This document shows positions 1-8,792 of a stretch of 13,905 nt of DNA, in pieces (the first letter of the stretch is position 1; each line of letters begins with the position of its first letter). The DNA comes from a virus. Taxonomy: Duplodnaviria > Heunggongvirae > Uroviricota > Caudoviricetes. Both the position numbers and the translations under genes were made by a program. The DNA lies in IMG/VR virus record IMGVR_UViG_2534682164_000017; one strand, written 5' to 3'. A model generated the notes under the pieces. That model ran no database searches and had not been told where the DNA came from. It saw only the letters and a list, made by a program, of their open reading frames with translations.

Positions 1-525
1 CTATATCTTTACTGATCTTCGCTCGTATATCAGCAGAGGGATAATCCAGGTCATTTTTACCACTACCCCAATTCCCATAAAGTTAAAGGTATAATCAGGA
101 ATGATATCGATACCAAATTTTTTAGCATCTTTAACCAATGCAATAAAATCCTGCAAATCTCCCATTGGATTATGGATGGTACAAAGATCTTCGGGTTGAT
201 AAGCATGAAACCAGTAACCCTTTTCTTCTTCGGGAGTTTCTGGTCCGTCGGCGCGGAAAGTTGTCACTGGAGGGATTTGTATATACCCATAATGGCAACG
301 TGCAAACTCAGACATATTTTCCCTGATTTGCTGGTAGGTGGCATTAAAAGCATGAAGAATCGCTTCGCCGGGTTTTTTAGGGGTGATGATTTCACATTGT
401 GATTTCTGAACAGCAGTAAGAGATTTACGCTCAAGTGTCTGCCGTAGATGTTCTGGATTGATTAGTATTTTAAATGTTTCTTGCTGTCCGGAAGGTGACG
501 TAACGTTAATATTATATACATCGGC
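1..525 (-). pseudogene. ygaQ: Glycoside hydrolase family 13 (alpha-amylase-like) gene remnant; 5' end cut by IS1, product far shorter than a GH13 enzyme
   Basis: Minus-strand ORF 1-315 contains the GH13 region motif order (YGYIQIPP ... GDLQDFIALVKDAKKFGIDIIPDYTFNFMG, resembling the conserved G-x-x-V-I-L-D-x-V-x-N-H block). My manual translation shows the same frame stays open upstream from 316 to 525 and runs into the IS1 terminal repeat, so the native N-terminus is missing. A stop at 1-3 ends the product about 25 residues after the motif. The symbol is from synteny recall (ygaQ next to ileY), not a search. Confidence 0.55.
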
Positions 526-580
526 GGTGATGCTGCCAACTTACTGATTTAGTGTATGATGGTGTTTTTGAGGTGCTCCA

Positions 581-697
581 GTGGCTTCTGTTTCTATCAG
601 CTGTCCCTCCTGTTCAGCTACTGACGGGGTGGTGCGTAACGGCAAAAGCACTGCCGGACATCAGCGCTATCTCTGCTCTCACTGCCGTAAAACATGA
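581..697 (+). pseudogene. insA: insA of IS1 copy A, truncated after 38 codons by TGG to TGA
   Basis: Same frame as the intact InsA of copy C ([16 protein letters not shown]...). At 695-697 the sequence reads TGA where copies B and C read TGG (ACATGACAACTG versus ACATGGCAACTG). Confidence 0.8.
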
Positions 698-774
698 CAA
701 CTGCAGTTCACTTACACCGCTTCTCAACCCGGTACGCACCAGAAAATCATTGATATGGCCATGAATGGCGTTGG

Positions 775-1278
775 ATGCCGGGCAACTGCACGCATTATGG
801 GCGTTGGCCTCAACACGATTTTACGTCACTTAAAAAACTCAGGCCGCAGTCGGTAACCTCGCGCATACAGCCGGGCAGTGACGTCATCGTATGCGCGGAA
901 ATGGACGAACAGTGGGGCTATGTCGGGGCTAAATCGCGCCAGCGCTGGCTGTTTTACGCGTATGACAGTCTCCGGAAGACGGTTGTTGCGCACGTATTCG
1001 GTGAACGCACTATGGCGACGCTGGGGCGTCTTATGAGCCTGCTGTCACCCTTTGACGTGGTGATATGGATGACGGATGGCTGGCCGCTGTATGAATCCCG
1101 CCTGAAGGGAAAGCTGCACGTAATCAGCAAGCGATATACGCAGCGAATTGAGCGGCATAACCTGAATTTGAGGCAGCACCTGGCACGGCTGGGACGGAAG
1201 TCGCTGTCGTTCTCAAAATCGGTGGAGCTGCATGACAAAGTCATCGGGCATTATCTGAACATAAAACACTATCAATAA
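775..1278 (+). CDS. insB: IS1 InsB (transposase C-terminal reading frame, normally expressed as the InsAB' fusion by -1 frameshift)
   Basis: The 167-aa translation [16 protein letters not shown]...NIKHYQ is identical to the InsB frame of copy C in this window and matches IS1 InsB as I recall it. Confidence 0.85.
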
Positions 1279-1301
1279 GTTGGAGTCATTACCTACATCG
1301 A

Positions 1302-2068
1302 GGTGATGCAGCAAACTTACTGATTTAGTGTATGATGGTGTTTTTGAGGTGCTCCAGTGGCTTCTGTTTCTATCAGCTGTCCCTCCTGTTCAGCTACTGA
1401 CGGGGTGGTGCGTAACGGCAAAAGCACTGCCGGACATCAGCGCTATCTCTGCTCTCACTGCCGTAAAACATGGCAACTGCAGTTCACTTACACCGCTTCT
1501 CAACCCGGTACGCACCAGAAAATCATTGATATGGCCATGAATGGCGTTGGATGCCGGGCAACTGCACGCATTATGGGCGTTGGCCTCAACACGATTTTAC
1601 GTCACTTAAAAACTCAGGCCGCAGTCGGTAACCTCGCGCATACAGCCGGGCAGTGACGTCATCGTCTGCGCGGAAATGGACGAACAGTGGGGCTATGTCG
1701 GGGCTAAATCGCGCCAGCGCTGGCTGTTTTACGCGTATGACAGTCTCCGGAAGACGGTTGTTGCGCACGTATTCGGTGAACGCACTATGGCGACGCTGGG
1801 GCGTCTTATGAGCCTGCTGTCACCCTTTGACGTGGTGATATGGATGACGGATGGCTGGCCGCTGTATGAATCCCGCCTGAAGGGAAAGCTGCACGTAATC
1901 AGCAAGCGATATACGCAGCGAATTGAGCGGCATAACCTGAATTGAGGCAGCACCTGGCACGGCTGGGACGGAAGTCGCTGTCGTTCTACAAAATCGGTGG
2001 AGCTGCATGACAAAGTCATCGGGCATTATCTGAACATAAAACACTATCAATAAGTTGGAGTCATTACC
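1302..2068 (+). mobile_element. IS1 copy B (767 bp), degenerate: divergent left terminal repeat and several frameshifts
   Basis: Left end reads GGTGATGCAGCAAAC (two substitutions versus copy A). The frameshift window has A5 instead of A6 (CACTTAAAAACTC). A single T is lost (CTGAATTGAGG versus CTGAATTTGAGG) and a base is inserted (TCGTTCTACAAAATC). The right end is canonical ...GGAGTCATTACC. Confidence 0.85.
1357..2053 (+). pseudogene. insA/insB remnants of IS1 copy B, broken by frameshifts
   Basis: The ORF track shows an InsA-like frame (1357-1656) that runs into a third frame (…[16 protein letters not shown]) because of the A5 run. The InsB-like frame (1676-1945) stops early at …RHNLN after the T deletion. 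Confidence 0.75.
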
Positions 2069-2112
2069 CATGTTTATTGCGTGGTTTATAAGTATTGTTA
2101 TTGCACACTCAA

Positions 2113-2188
2113 GGCCCTTTAGCTCAGTGGTTAGAGCAGGCGACTCATAATCGCTTGGTCGCTGGTTCAAGTCCAGCAAGGGCCACCA
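2113..2188 (+). tRNA. ileY: tRNA with CAU anticodon, most likely tRNA-Ile2 (lysidine-modified); elongator tRNA-Met not excluded
   Basis: A 76-nt cloverleaf folded by hand: acceptor GGCCCTT/AAGGGCC, D-stem GCTC/GAGC, anticodon stem GGCGA/TCGCT with loop CTCATAA (anticodon CAT), T-arm GCTGG-TTCAAGT-CCAGC, 3' ACCA. The sequence matches my recollection of E. coli ileX/ileY closely. Confidence 0.8.
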
Positions 2189-2513
2189 AATCATTATTTA
2201 CGTATCAGGAAGAGTTAAGGGTACAAGGGGTACTCGATGGCGGTCTATATTTCATGACTAACGCCATTTCAAGGAAGAAGTGCGGTGGGTGGTTTCGAAT
2301 GAGGGCTGGTGTTTTGGTACGTGGCACGCCACTGCAATGTATTTATCCATCAGTACTCATTCAAAAGTACCTGGAAAAAATGCCTGCTATGCCAAGCGGG
2401 CAAATTGCTTACATGTGGAATTAAGTAATTAACGATAAAGCCAGAGTATTATCATTTATTATACCCCTTCATTTAATCAGGTTAATTACTCAAATCACGG
2501 TAATGACTCCAAC

Positions 2514-3017
2514 TTATTGATAGTGTTTTATGTTCAGATAATGCCCGATGACTTTGTCATGCAGCTCCACCGATTTTGAGAACGACAGCGACTTCCGTCC
2601 CAGCCGTGCCAGGTGCTGCCTCAGATTCAGGTTATGCCGCTCAATTCGCTGCGTATATCGCTTGCTGATTACGTGCAGCTTTCCCTTCAGGCGGGATTCA
2701 TACAGCGGCCAGCCATCCGTCATCCATATCACCACGTCAAAGGGTGACAGCAGGCTCATAAGACGCCCCAGCGTCGCCATAGTGCGTTCACCGAATACGT
2801 GCGCAACAACCGTCTTCCGGAGACTGTCATACGCGTAAAACAGCCAGCGCTGGCGCGATTTAGCCCCGACATAGCCCCACTGTTCGTCCATTTCCGCGCA
2901 GACGATGACGTCACTGCCCGGCTGTATGCGCGAGGTTACCGACTGCGGCCTGAGTTTTTTAAGTGACGTAAAATCGTGTTGAGGCCAACGCCCATAATGC
3001 GTGCAGTTGCCCGGCAT
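2514..3017 (-). CDS. insB: IS1 InsB reading frame
   Basis: 167-aa translation identical to the copy A InsB frame; it overlaps insA in the -1 frame, as expected for IS1. Confidence 0.9.
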
Positions 3018-3211
3018 CCAACGCCATTCATGGCCATATCAATGATTTTCTGGTGCGTACCGGGTTGAGAAGCGGTGTAAGTGAACTGCAGTTGCCATGT
3101 TTTACGGCAGTGAGAGCAGAGATAGCGCTGATGTCCGGCAGTGCTTTTGCCGTTACGCACCACCCCGTCAGTAGCTGAACAGGAGGGACAGCTGATAGAA
3201 ACAGAAGCCAC
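2936..3211 (-). CDS. insA: IS1 InsA (transposition regulator and N-terminal part of the InsAB' transposase)
   Basis: 91-aa translation [42 protein letters not shown]...[12 protein letters not shown] with the zinc-finger-like C-x2-C...C-x2-C pattern. Confidence 0.9.
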
Positions 3212-3719
3212 TGGAGCACCTCAAAAACACCATCATACACTAAATCAGTAAGTTGGCAGCATCACCCAAATCACTGAACTATTCTCTGTTCGCTCACTGA
3301 TGATAAGTGAGTGTCACAACCACGATTTGTATGCGGGCCAATGCCGTAGAGTAAGGATGAAATGTCTCTGCCACGCCTTAAACATCTACTACTGACCAGA
3401 ATACCCGTCGCAGGTAGATGAGTCTTGTGAGCGTTACAGGAGTCTGGCTTTGCTCATTAATCAACGCTATTTAGATATAAATTTCTAACACTCGAAAAAC
3501 GAATTTCACTAATAAATTATAACGGGTGGTTTTTATCATACAGCGAAATAACTTTTTGTTTATTAAATTTAACATTCTTGTGCTAATTTAATTAAAAGTA
3601 CCATGTATAGCATATGAAGCTGTTAATGCCAGCAATTGTCTCAAATGAGCGATTTTTTATAGTGACAAACAATAATAAAATTAAAAATAGCCATGTAGAC
3701 ATTAACTGAGGAATAGACA

Positions 3720-5198
3720 ATGTTAGTTAGTAAAAGCAACGAATTTAACACTAGCTCATTTATAGATAGTGGAAATTGTAATGAAAGAAAATCTTCTGAA
3801 TCCATGGAGCTACTAGCTTATAGTATTATAAATTTAATTTGTAAGGAAGCTGCCTCAGGGACGTATCGCGGTGCTCTTGAAACTTTACAAAAAATGATGT
3901 CTGAATGTATATATCATGAAGGCAACGCCTTTGTCATTATGGGATCTGGAGAGCAATTAAAACGTATTAAATATGATGTTGATGAAAATAACTTAAAAGT
4001 ATTCAACGTATACTTTGATAATAATGAAGAGTTAGTTACTGATGGTGAGCCTGACGTAGTATGTTTAAGCAAGCAGGTCTGGGAAGATCTTCTCATTAAA
4101 CTAAAGCTGGAGAACAAAGAAAATGCGGTTTCTGAAACTGACCTGTCATCGAATAAAAATAATGTTGATCAGTTTATTGAATGCGCTAAGAGAAATGAAC
4201 AGACCCTATTCGATAATATAAGAAAAAGTGATTTTCATGTTGATTCATTTAAGCCAGGTAGTACACGTAGTGTTATTTTAGAAACACAACCAAATGTCTG
4301 TATGGAACCACATAATTTATATGACAACCAAATAGATAAGGTTTCACCTGTAACTAAAAACTCTCAGCAAGTTAAAGGCCACTATGGAGATAAATTTAAA
4401 GAAATGCAGATGTTCCTTAACCAGATGAGCAATGCACTTCAACAGACTCCATCTTTGTCAGAGTCAAAGGAACACACCATAGATATTCAAAAAATAACGG
4501 ATGCCTTTGTGAAAGAATTCCGGGGGGTATTAATTGATAAAAATGGGAATTGTTCAGAACGTTTATTCAATTTTTATGAGTGCTGCTATAAGTTTTTACC
4601 AAGAGCGCAGCCTCAAGATAAAATCGAAAGCTATAATTCAGCACTACAAGCTTTTTCCATCTTTCGTTCATCTACTTTGAATAATAATGATGTAGGGTTT
4701 AATTTTAAATTATTCCCAGAAGTCAAGCTGTCTGGTGAAAATCTTGAAACGGTATTCAAATACAAAAAAGGAAGTTTTGTCCGGGAGATAGCCAGAATTA
4801 ACATTACTCTCCAAAAAGAAGAGGATGGTTTATATAATTTAGGTGGATTGGATTTTAAGGGATGCTTCTTTTCTGGACAGAACTTCAGTAACTATGATAT
4901 TCAATATGTGAACTGGGGAACGTCATTGTTTGATCTTGATACTCCGTGTATTTTTAATGCGCCTGCTTACAACAAGAGTAATGAAAAATCATTAAAACCT
5001 GTGAGCGAAAACGGTTTAAGTGGAGTCTTGACTGATCGTAATAATAAAATAAAACTCATCACGGGCGTGGCACCATTCGATGATATTTTATTTATGGATG
5101 ATGACTTTGATGATAGTTCCTCTGAGGATGATCCCGTTGAGAATAGTCCTGTTGTGACTAGTCCCGTTGTATCAAGTTCTAAAAGCAGTTTTCAATGA
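3720..5198 (+). CDS. Hypothetical 492-aa protein, AT-rich orphan gene; pentapeptide-like repeats near the C-terminus and an acidic Ser/Asp-rich tail
   Basis: A long ORF with GGA at 3710-3712 and ATG at 3720. The gene is markedly AT-rich (about one third GC by eye, against roughly half for the flanking IS and phage DNA). The region GLDFKGCFFSGQNFSNYDIQYVNWGTSLFDLD looks like degenerate pentapeptide repeats. The tail reads DDILFMDDDFDDSSSEDDPVENSPVVTSPVV. No transmembrane segment or signal peptide is apparent. By position it could correspond to the ypjB/ypjC region of E. coli K-12; that is unverified. Confidence 0.7.
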   Translation: MLVSKSNEFNTSSFIDSGNCNERKSSESMELLAYSIINLICKEAASGTYRGALETLQKMMSECIYHEGNAFVIMGSGEQLKRIKYDVDENNLKVFNVYFDNNEELVTDGEPDVVCLSKQVWEDLLIKLKLENKENAVSETDLSSNKNNVDQFIECAKRNEQTLFDNIRKSDFHVDSFKPGSTRSVILETQPNVCMEPHNLYDNQIDKVSPVTKNSQQVKGHYGDKFKEMQMFLNQMSNALQQTPSLSESKEHTIDIQKITDAFVKEFRGVLIDKNGNCSERLFNFYECCYKFLPRAQPQDKIESYNSALQAFSIFRSSTLNNNDVGFNFKLFPEVKLSGENLETVFKYKKGSFVREIARINITLQKEEDGLYNLGGLDFKGCFFSGQNFSNYDIQYVNWGTSLFDLDTPCIFNAPAYNKSNEKSLKPVSENGLSGVLTDRNNKIKLITGVAPFDDILFMDDDFDDSSSEDDPVENSPVVTSPVVSSSKSSFQ

Positions 5199-5310
5199 TT
5201 AATAAATGGCTATTTTTACAAAGAGATAATAACGTAGATTGAAACAATATGTATTATTGATTGATTAAACGGGATTATTTTTTACACTACAACCATTTTG
5301 CTGCCACTAC

Positions 5311-5346
5311 CAAAGAAAAAGGGGCTACGCTTTCACGTAACCCCTT
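5311..5346 (-). terminator. Candidate intrinsic terminator reading on the minus strand
   Basis: Hairpin AAGGGGCTACG-CTTTCA-CGTAACCCCTT (5319-5346). On the minus strand it is followed by a T-rich run (the plus strand reads CAAAGAAAAA at 5311-5320). No U-run follows it on the plus strand. Confidence 0.4.
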
Positions 5347-5479
5347 GATCTGTGCTGTGATTTACTGAGTTTAAATTGGTGCTGTAATTGGTTGAAATAT
5401 TTCATCTAATGTCTGGTTCAACTTTCCTTAGCTGCCTGAAAGTTTTTTGATCTTACCCAGCAATAACAGCGTTACGGTG

Positions 5480-5770
5480 CACCACGCCTGACTGAAGAAC
5501 TGCGTGCTCAGGGTTACCTCTTCAACGTAAAACCGTGGCAGGAGGTCCGGACTGAAAAAACTGCTCAGGACATTATCGGCGGTGGACGCACGGGTAGTCT
5601 GTAAACCGCACCGACTGGGGCGCAGTATGTGGCATCTTGTCGTGCTGTTGGAGGAGCTGTGCAAACGTGGTATTAACTTTCGTGCTCTGGCCCAATCTAT
5701 ATTTGCCCAACAATGGGGGGACGAATGCTGTAAAAGTAAAAGAATCTGCGATCTCAAAGTTATTGTGTGA
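5480..5770 (+). pseudogene. pinH: Remnant of a Pin/Hin-family serine DNA invertase gene, degenerate and frameshifted
   Basis: Translation around 5590-5700 gives ...[37 protein letters not shown], resembling the Pin segment [36 protein letters not shown]. Homology decays on both sides and the frame is interrupted. Boundaries are approximate. Confidence 0.5.
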
Positions 5771-6108
5771 TTTTTATGTGAGCAGAAGATATTCATCAGA
5801 AACGATTATGTAAATCATTTTATTTTGCCGACGGCCTGATTGTCGAAAGAAAAGAATACGCCCGTATTTCCTGAATAGATTGACTTTTTTATCCAATCAC
5901 ACTTCAGCGCACTGTGTTTAAAAAATGCCTCTTTCTTATGTGGAACATCATCATTTCATCATGATGTCTTTGATGAGCGGTGAACACAATACACTTGCGC
6001 TGTCTCTTCAGGATGAACCCCCCGGTCTGGTGCCTGCGGGCTGATGTTGCAGCAGAGCTAAAGTCGCTTAAACGCTACTCAGTATTCACTTTTCAGAGGA
6101 TGAAATTT

Positions 6109-7488
6109 ATGAACAGGACCAGTCCCCATTATTGTCGCCGCTCAGTACTTTCCTTATTGATATCTGCCTTGATATATGCCCCGCCCGTGATGGCGGCCTT
6201 TACTACTAATGTTATTGGTGTGGTAAACGATGAGACTGTAGATGGCAACCAACGAGTAGATGAACGAGGTACAACAAATAACACTCATATTATCAACCAT
6301 GGCCAGCAGAGTGTTTATGGCGGAGTATCTAATGGAAGTCTTATTGAATCTGGTGGATATCAAGATGTTGGAAGGAATAACAATTATATGGGGCAGTCTA
6401 ATAATACAACCATTAACGGAGGAAGACAGACAATTCATGACGGGGGCATTTCCACCGGTACGATAATCGACAGTGGCAATCAGGACGTTTATACAGGTGG
6501 TATCAGCAATGGAACGACAATTAAGGGTGGTAATTCACACATAAGTGGGGGGACTGCGAATGGAACCATCATTGATGGTGGAGGGCAGACAGTAACAACT
6601 CAGGGGCATGTTGATGGTACAACGATAAATAAGTCCGGTTATCAGGACATCACGCAAGGAAGTATGGCAACGAACACAATCATAAATGGTGGACGACAGT
6701 ATGTTGAACAGAGCACAGTAGGAACAACCACCATTAAAAATGGCGGTGAGCAAAGAGTATATGAAAGCCATGCGCTGGACACGACGATTGAAGGTGGAAC
6801 TCAGTCTCTGAATAATAAGTCAACGGCAAAAAATACTCAGATCTATTCTGGTGGTACGCAAATTGTTGATTACACCAGCTCCTCGGATGTTATTGAAGTT
6901 TATTCCGGTGGCGTGCTTGATGTTAGTGGTGGTACGGCAACAAATGTTACCCAGCACGATGGTGCAATTTTAAAAACAAACACTAACGGTACGACGGTGA
7001 GCGGTACGAATAGTGAAGGTGCATTCTCCATCCACAATCACGTGGCAGACAATGTGTTGCTGGAAAACGGTGGTCATTTAGACATAAACGCATATGGTTC
7101 GGCAAATAAGACGATTATTAAAGATAAAGGAACAATGTCAGTTTTAACGAATGCTAAAGCTGATGCGACCCGAATAGATAACGGCGGGGTAATGGATGTT
7201 ACCAGAAACGCGACCAATACCATAATCAATGGTGGTACACAGAATATTAATAATCATGGTATTGCCACGGGTACCAATATCAACAGCGGAACACAAAATA
7301 TCAAGAGCGGCGGGAAAGCTGACACGACAAATATTTCCACCGGGAGCCGGCAGGTTGTTGAGAAAGATGGTACGGCAACTGGCAGCAATATTAGCGCCGG
7401 AGGCTCGCTGATTGTCTATACCGGCGGTATAGCACATGGGGTTAACCAGGAGACGGGCAGTGCTTTAGTTGCTAGACTGGCCCCCTGA
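6109..7488 (+). CDS. ypjA: AIDA/Ag43-type autotransporter adhesin, N-terminal signal peptide and passenger repeats only; 3' end (rest of passenger and beta-barrel) replaced by IS2
   Basis: AGGA at 6097-6100 and ATG at 6109. Extended autotransporter-type signal peptide MNRTSPHYCRRSVLSLLISALIYAPPVMA. Many approximately 19-residue repeats of the form T-x-I-x-x-GG-x-Q-x-V-x-x-GG-x-A-x-x-T. Native sequence ends at 7472; the ORF's last codons and stop (7486-7488) lie inside the IS2 terminal repeat. Symbol is from synteny recall (ileY, pin remnant, adhesin), unverified. Confidence 0.7.
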   Translation: MNRTSPHYCRRSVLSLLISALIYAPPVMAAFTTNVIGVVNDETVDGNQRVDERGTTNNTHIINHGQQSVYGGVSNGSLIESGGYQDVGRNNNYMGQSNNTTINGGRQTIHDGGISTGTIIDSGNQDVYTGGISNGTTIKGGNSHISGGTANGTIIDGGGQTVTTQGHVDGTTINKSGYQDITQGSMATNTIINGGRQYVEQSTVGTTTIKNGGEQRVYESHALDTTIEGGTQSLNNKSTAKNTQIYSGGTQIVDYTSSSDVIEVYSGGVLDVSGGTATNVTQHDGAILKTNTNGTTVSGTNSEGAFSIHNHVADNVLLENGGHLDINAYGSANKTIIKDKGTMSVLTNAKADATRIDNGGVMDVTRNATNTIINGGTQNINNHGIATGTNINSGTQNIKSGGKADTTNISTGSRQVVEKDGTATGSNISAGGSLIVYTGGIAHGVNQETGSALVARLAP

Positions 7489-7563
7489 ATCTCCAGACAA
7501 CCAGTATCACTTATTTAAGTGATAGTCTTAATACTAGTTTTTAGACTAGTCATTGGAGAGCAG

Positions 7564-7929
7564 ATGATTGATGTCTTAGGACCGGAGAAACGCAGACGGC
7601 GTACCACACAGGAAAAGATCGCAATTGTTCAGCAGAGCTTTGAACCGGGGATGACGGTCTCCCTCGTTGCCCGGCAACATGGTGTAGCAGCCAGCCAGTT
7701 ATTTCTCTGGCGTAAGCAATACCAGGAAGGAAGTCTTACTGCTGTGGCCGCCGGAGAACAGGTTGTTCCTGCCTCTGAACTTGCTGCCGCCATGAAGCAG
7801 ATTAAAGAACTCCAGCGCCTGCTCGGCAAGAAAACGATGGAAAATGAACTCCTCAAAGAAGCCGTTGAATATGGACGGGCAAAAAAGTGGATAGCGCACG
7901 CGCCCTTATTGCCCGGGGATGGGGAGTAA
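7564..7929 (+). CDS. insC: IS2 OrfA (InsC), helix-turn-helix transposition regulator
   Basis: 121-aa translation [56 protein letters not shown]... matches IS2 InsC as recalled. The ORF-track start at 7519 is an in-frame upstream extension. Confidence 0.9.
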
Positions 7930-8792
7930 GCTTAGTCAGCCGTTGTCTCCGGGTGTCGCGTGCGCAGTTGCACGTCATTCTCAGACGAACCGATGACTGG
8001 ATGGATGGCCGCCGCAGTCGTCACACTGATGATACGGATGTGCTTCTCCGTATACACCATGTTATCGGAGAGCTGCCCACGTATGGTTATCGTCGGGTAT
8101 GGGCGCTGCTTCGCAGACAGGCAGAACTTGATGGTATGCCTGCGATCAATGCCAAACGTGTTTACCGGATCATGCGCCAGAATGCGCTGTTGCTTGAGCG
8201 AAAACCTGCTGTACCGCCATCGAAACGGGCACATACAGGCAGAGTGGCTGTGAAAGAAAGTAATCAGCGATGGTGCTCTGACGGGTTCGAGTTCCGCTGT
8301 GATAACGGAGAAAAACTGCGAGTCACGTTCGCGCTGGACTGCTGTGACCGTGAGGCACTGCACTGGGCGGTCACTACGGGCGGCTTCAACAGTGAAACAG
8401 TACAGGACGTCATGCTGGGAGCGGTGGAACGCCGCTTCGGCAACGAGCTTCCGGCGTCTCCAGTAGAGTGGCTGACGGATAATGGTTCATGCTACCGGGC
8501 TAATGAAACACGGCAGTTTGCCCGGATGTTGGGGCTTGAACCGAAGAGCACGGCGGTGCGGAGTCCGGAGAGTAACGGCATAGCAGAGAGCTCCGTGAAA
8601 ACGATAAAGCGTGACTACTTCAGTGTCATGCCCAAACCAGACGGGTTAACGGCAGCAAAGAACCTTGCAGAGGCGTTCGAGCATTATAACGAATGGCATC
8701 CGCATAGTGCACTGGGTTATCGCTCGCCACGGGAATATCTACGGCAGCAAGCCAGTAATGGGTTAAGTGATAACAGGTGTCTGGAAATATAG
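7887..8792 (+). CDS. insD: IS2 OrfB (InsD), DDE transposase catalytic reading frame
   Basis: 301-aa translation [34 protein letters not shown]...[14 protein letters not shown]..., with the IS3-family integrase-like core. It overlaps insC in the -1 frame. Confidence 0.9.

Larger units (their letters stand above)
526..1293 (+). mobile_element. IS1 copy A (768 bp), insA inactivated by nonsense mutation
   Basis: Begins GGTGATGCTGCCAACTTACTGAT (canonical IS1 left end) and ends ...AAGTTGGAGTCATTACC. Length is 768 bp. Contains the A6C frameshift window (TTAAAAAACTC) and a full InsB reading frame. Confidence 0.9.
2499..3266 (-). mobile_element. IS1 copy C (768 bp), apparently intact, flanked by 8-bp direct repeat CAAATCAC
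   Basis: Reverse-oriented IS1 with canonical ends (GGTAATGACTCCAAC... at 2499, ...GTTGGCAGCATCACC at 3266). Both the InsA (91 aa) and InsB (167 aa) frames are complete and the A6C window is intact. CAAATCAC occurs at 2491-2498 and again at 3267-3274, a typical IS1 target-site duplication. Confidence 0.9.

Noticed and set aside
1820-2424. Track ORFs 1820-2194 (minus, 124 aa) and 2095-2424 (plus, 109 aa) overlapping the tRNA gene
   Set aside because: Both run through a well-folded tRNA gene and the adjacent IS1 end, have no recognisable protein features, and have no ribosome-binding sites. They are treated as chance ORFs.
2189-2498. An integrase gene or att-like direct repeat of the tRNA 3' end downstream of the chromosomal tRNA, which would mark a tRNA-integrated island
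   Set aside because: No integrase-like ORF and no second copy of the tRNA 3' end lie within 300 bp. The only tRNA-like repeat is the complete phage-borne tRNA 10 kb away, which is reported separately.
552-3240. Alternative-frame and antisense ORFs inside the IS1 copies (for example 552-764, 954-1244, 1328-1540, 1586-1768, 1729-2019, 2548-2838, 3028-3240)
   Set aside because: These are the known non-coding frames of IS1, repeated in each copy. Only the InsA and InsB frames are accepted.
5428-5796. Minus-strand ORF 5428-5796 (122 aa)
   Set aside because: It is antisense to the Pin-like remnant and has no protein-like features. The plus strand carries the recognisable, though degenerate, recombinase similarity.
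6154-7437. Short ORFs in other frames within the autotransporter gene, and the possibility that its periodicity is a CRISPR or DNA tandem-repeat array
   Set aside because: The periodicity is at the protein level (19-residue beta-helix repeats) and the DNA units are not exact. There are no direct repeats of constant length with unique spacers, so no CRISPR array.
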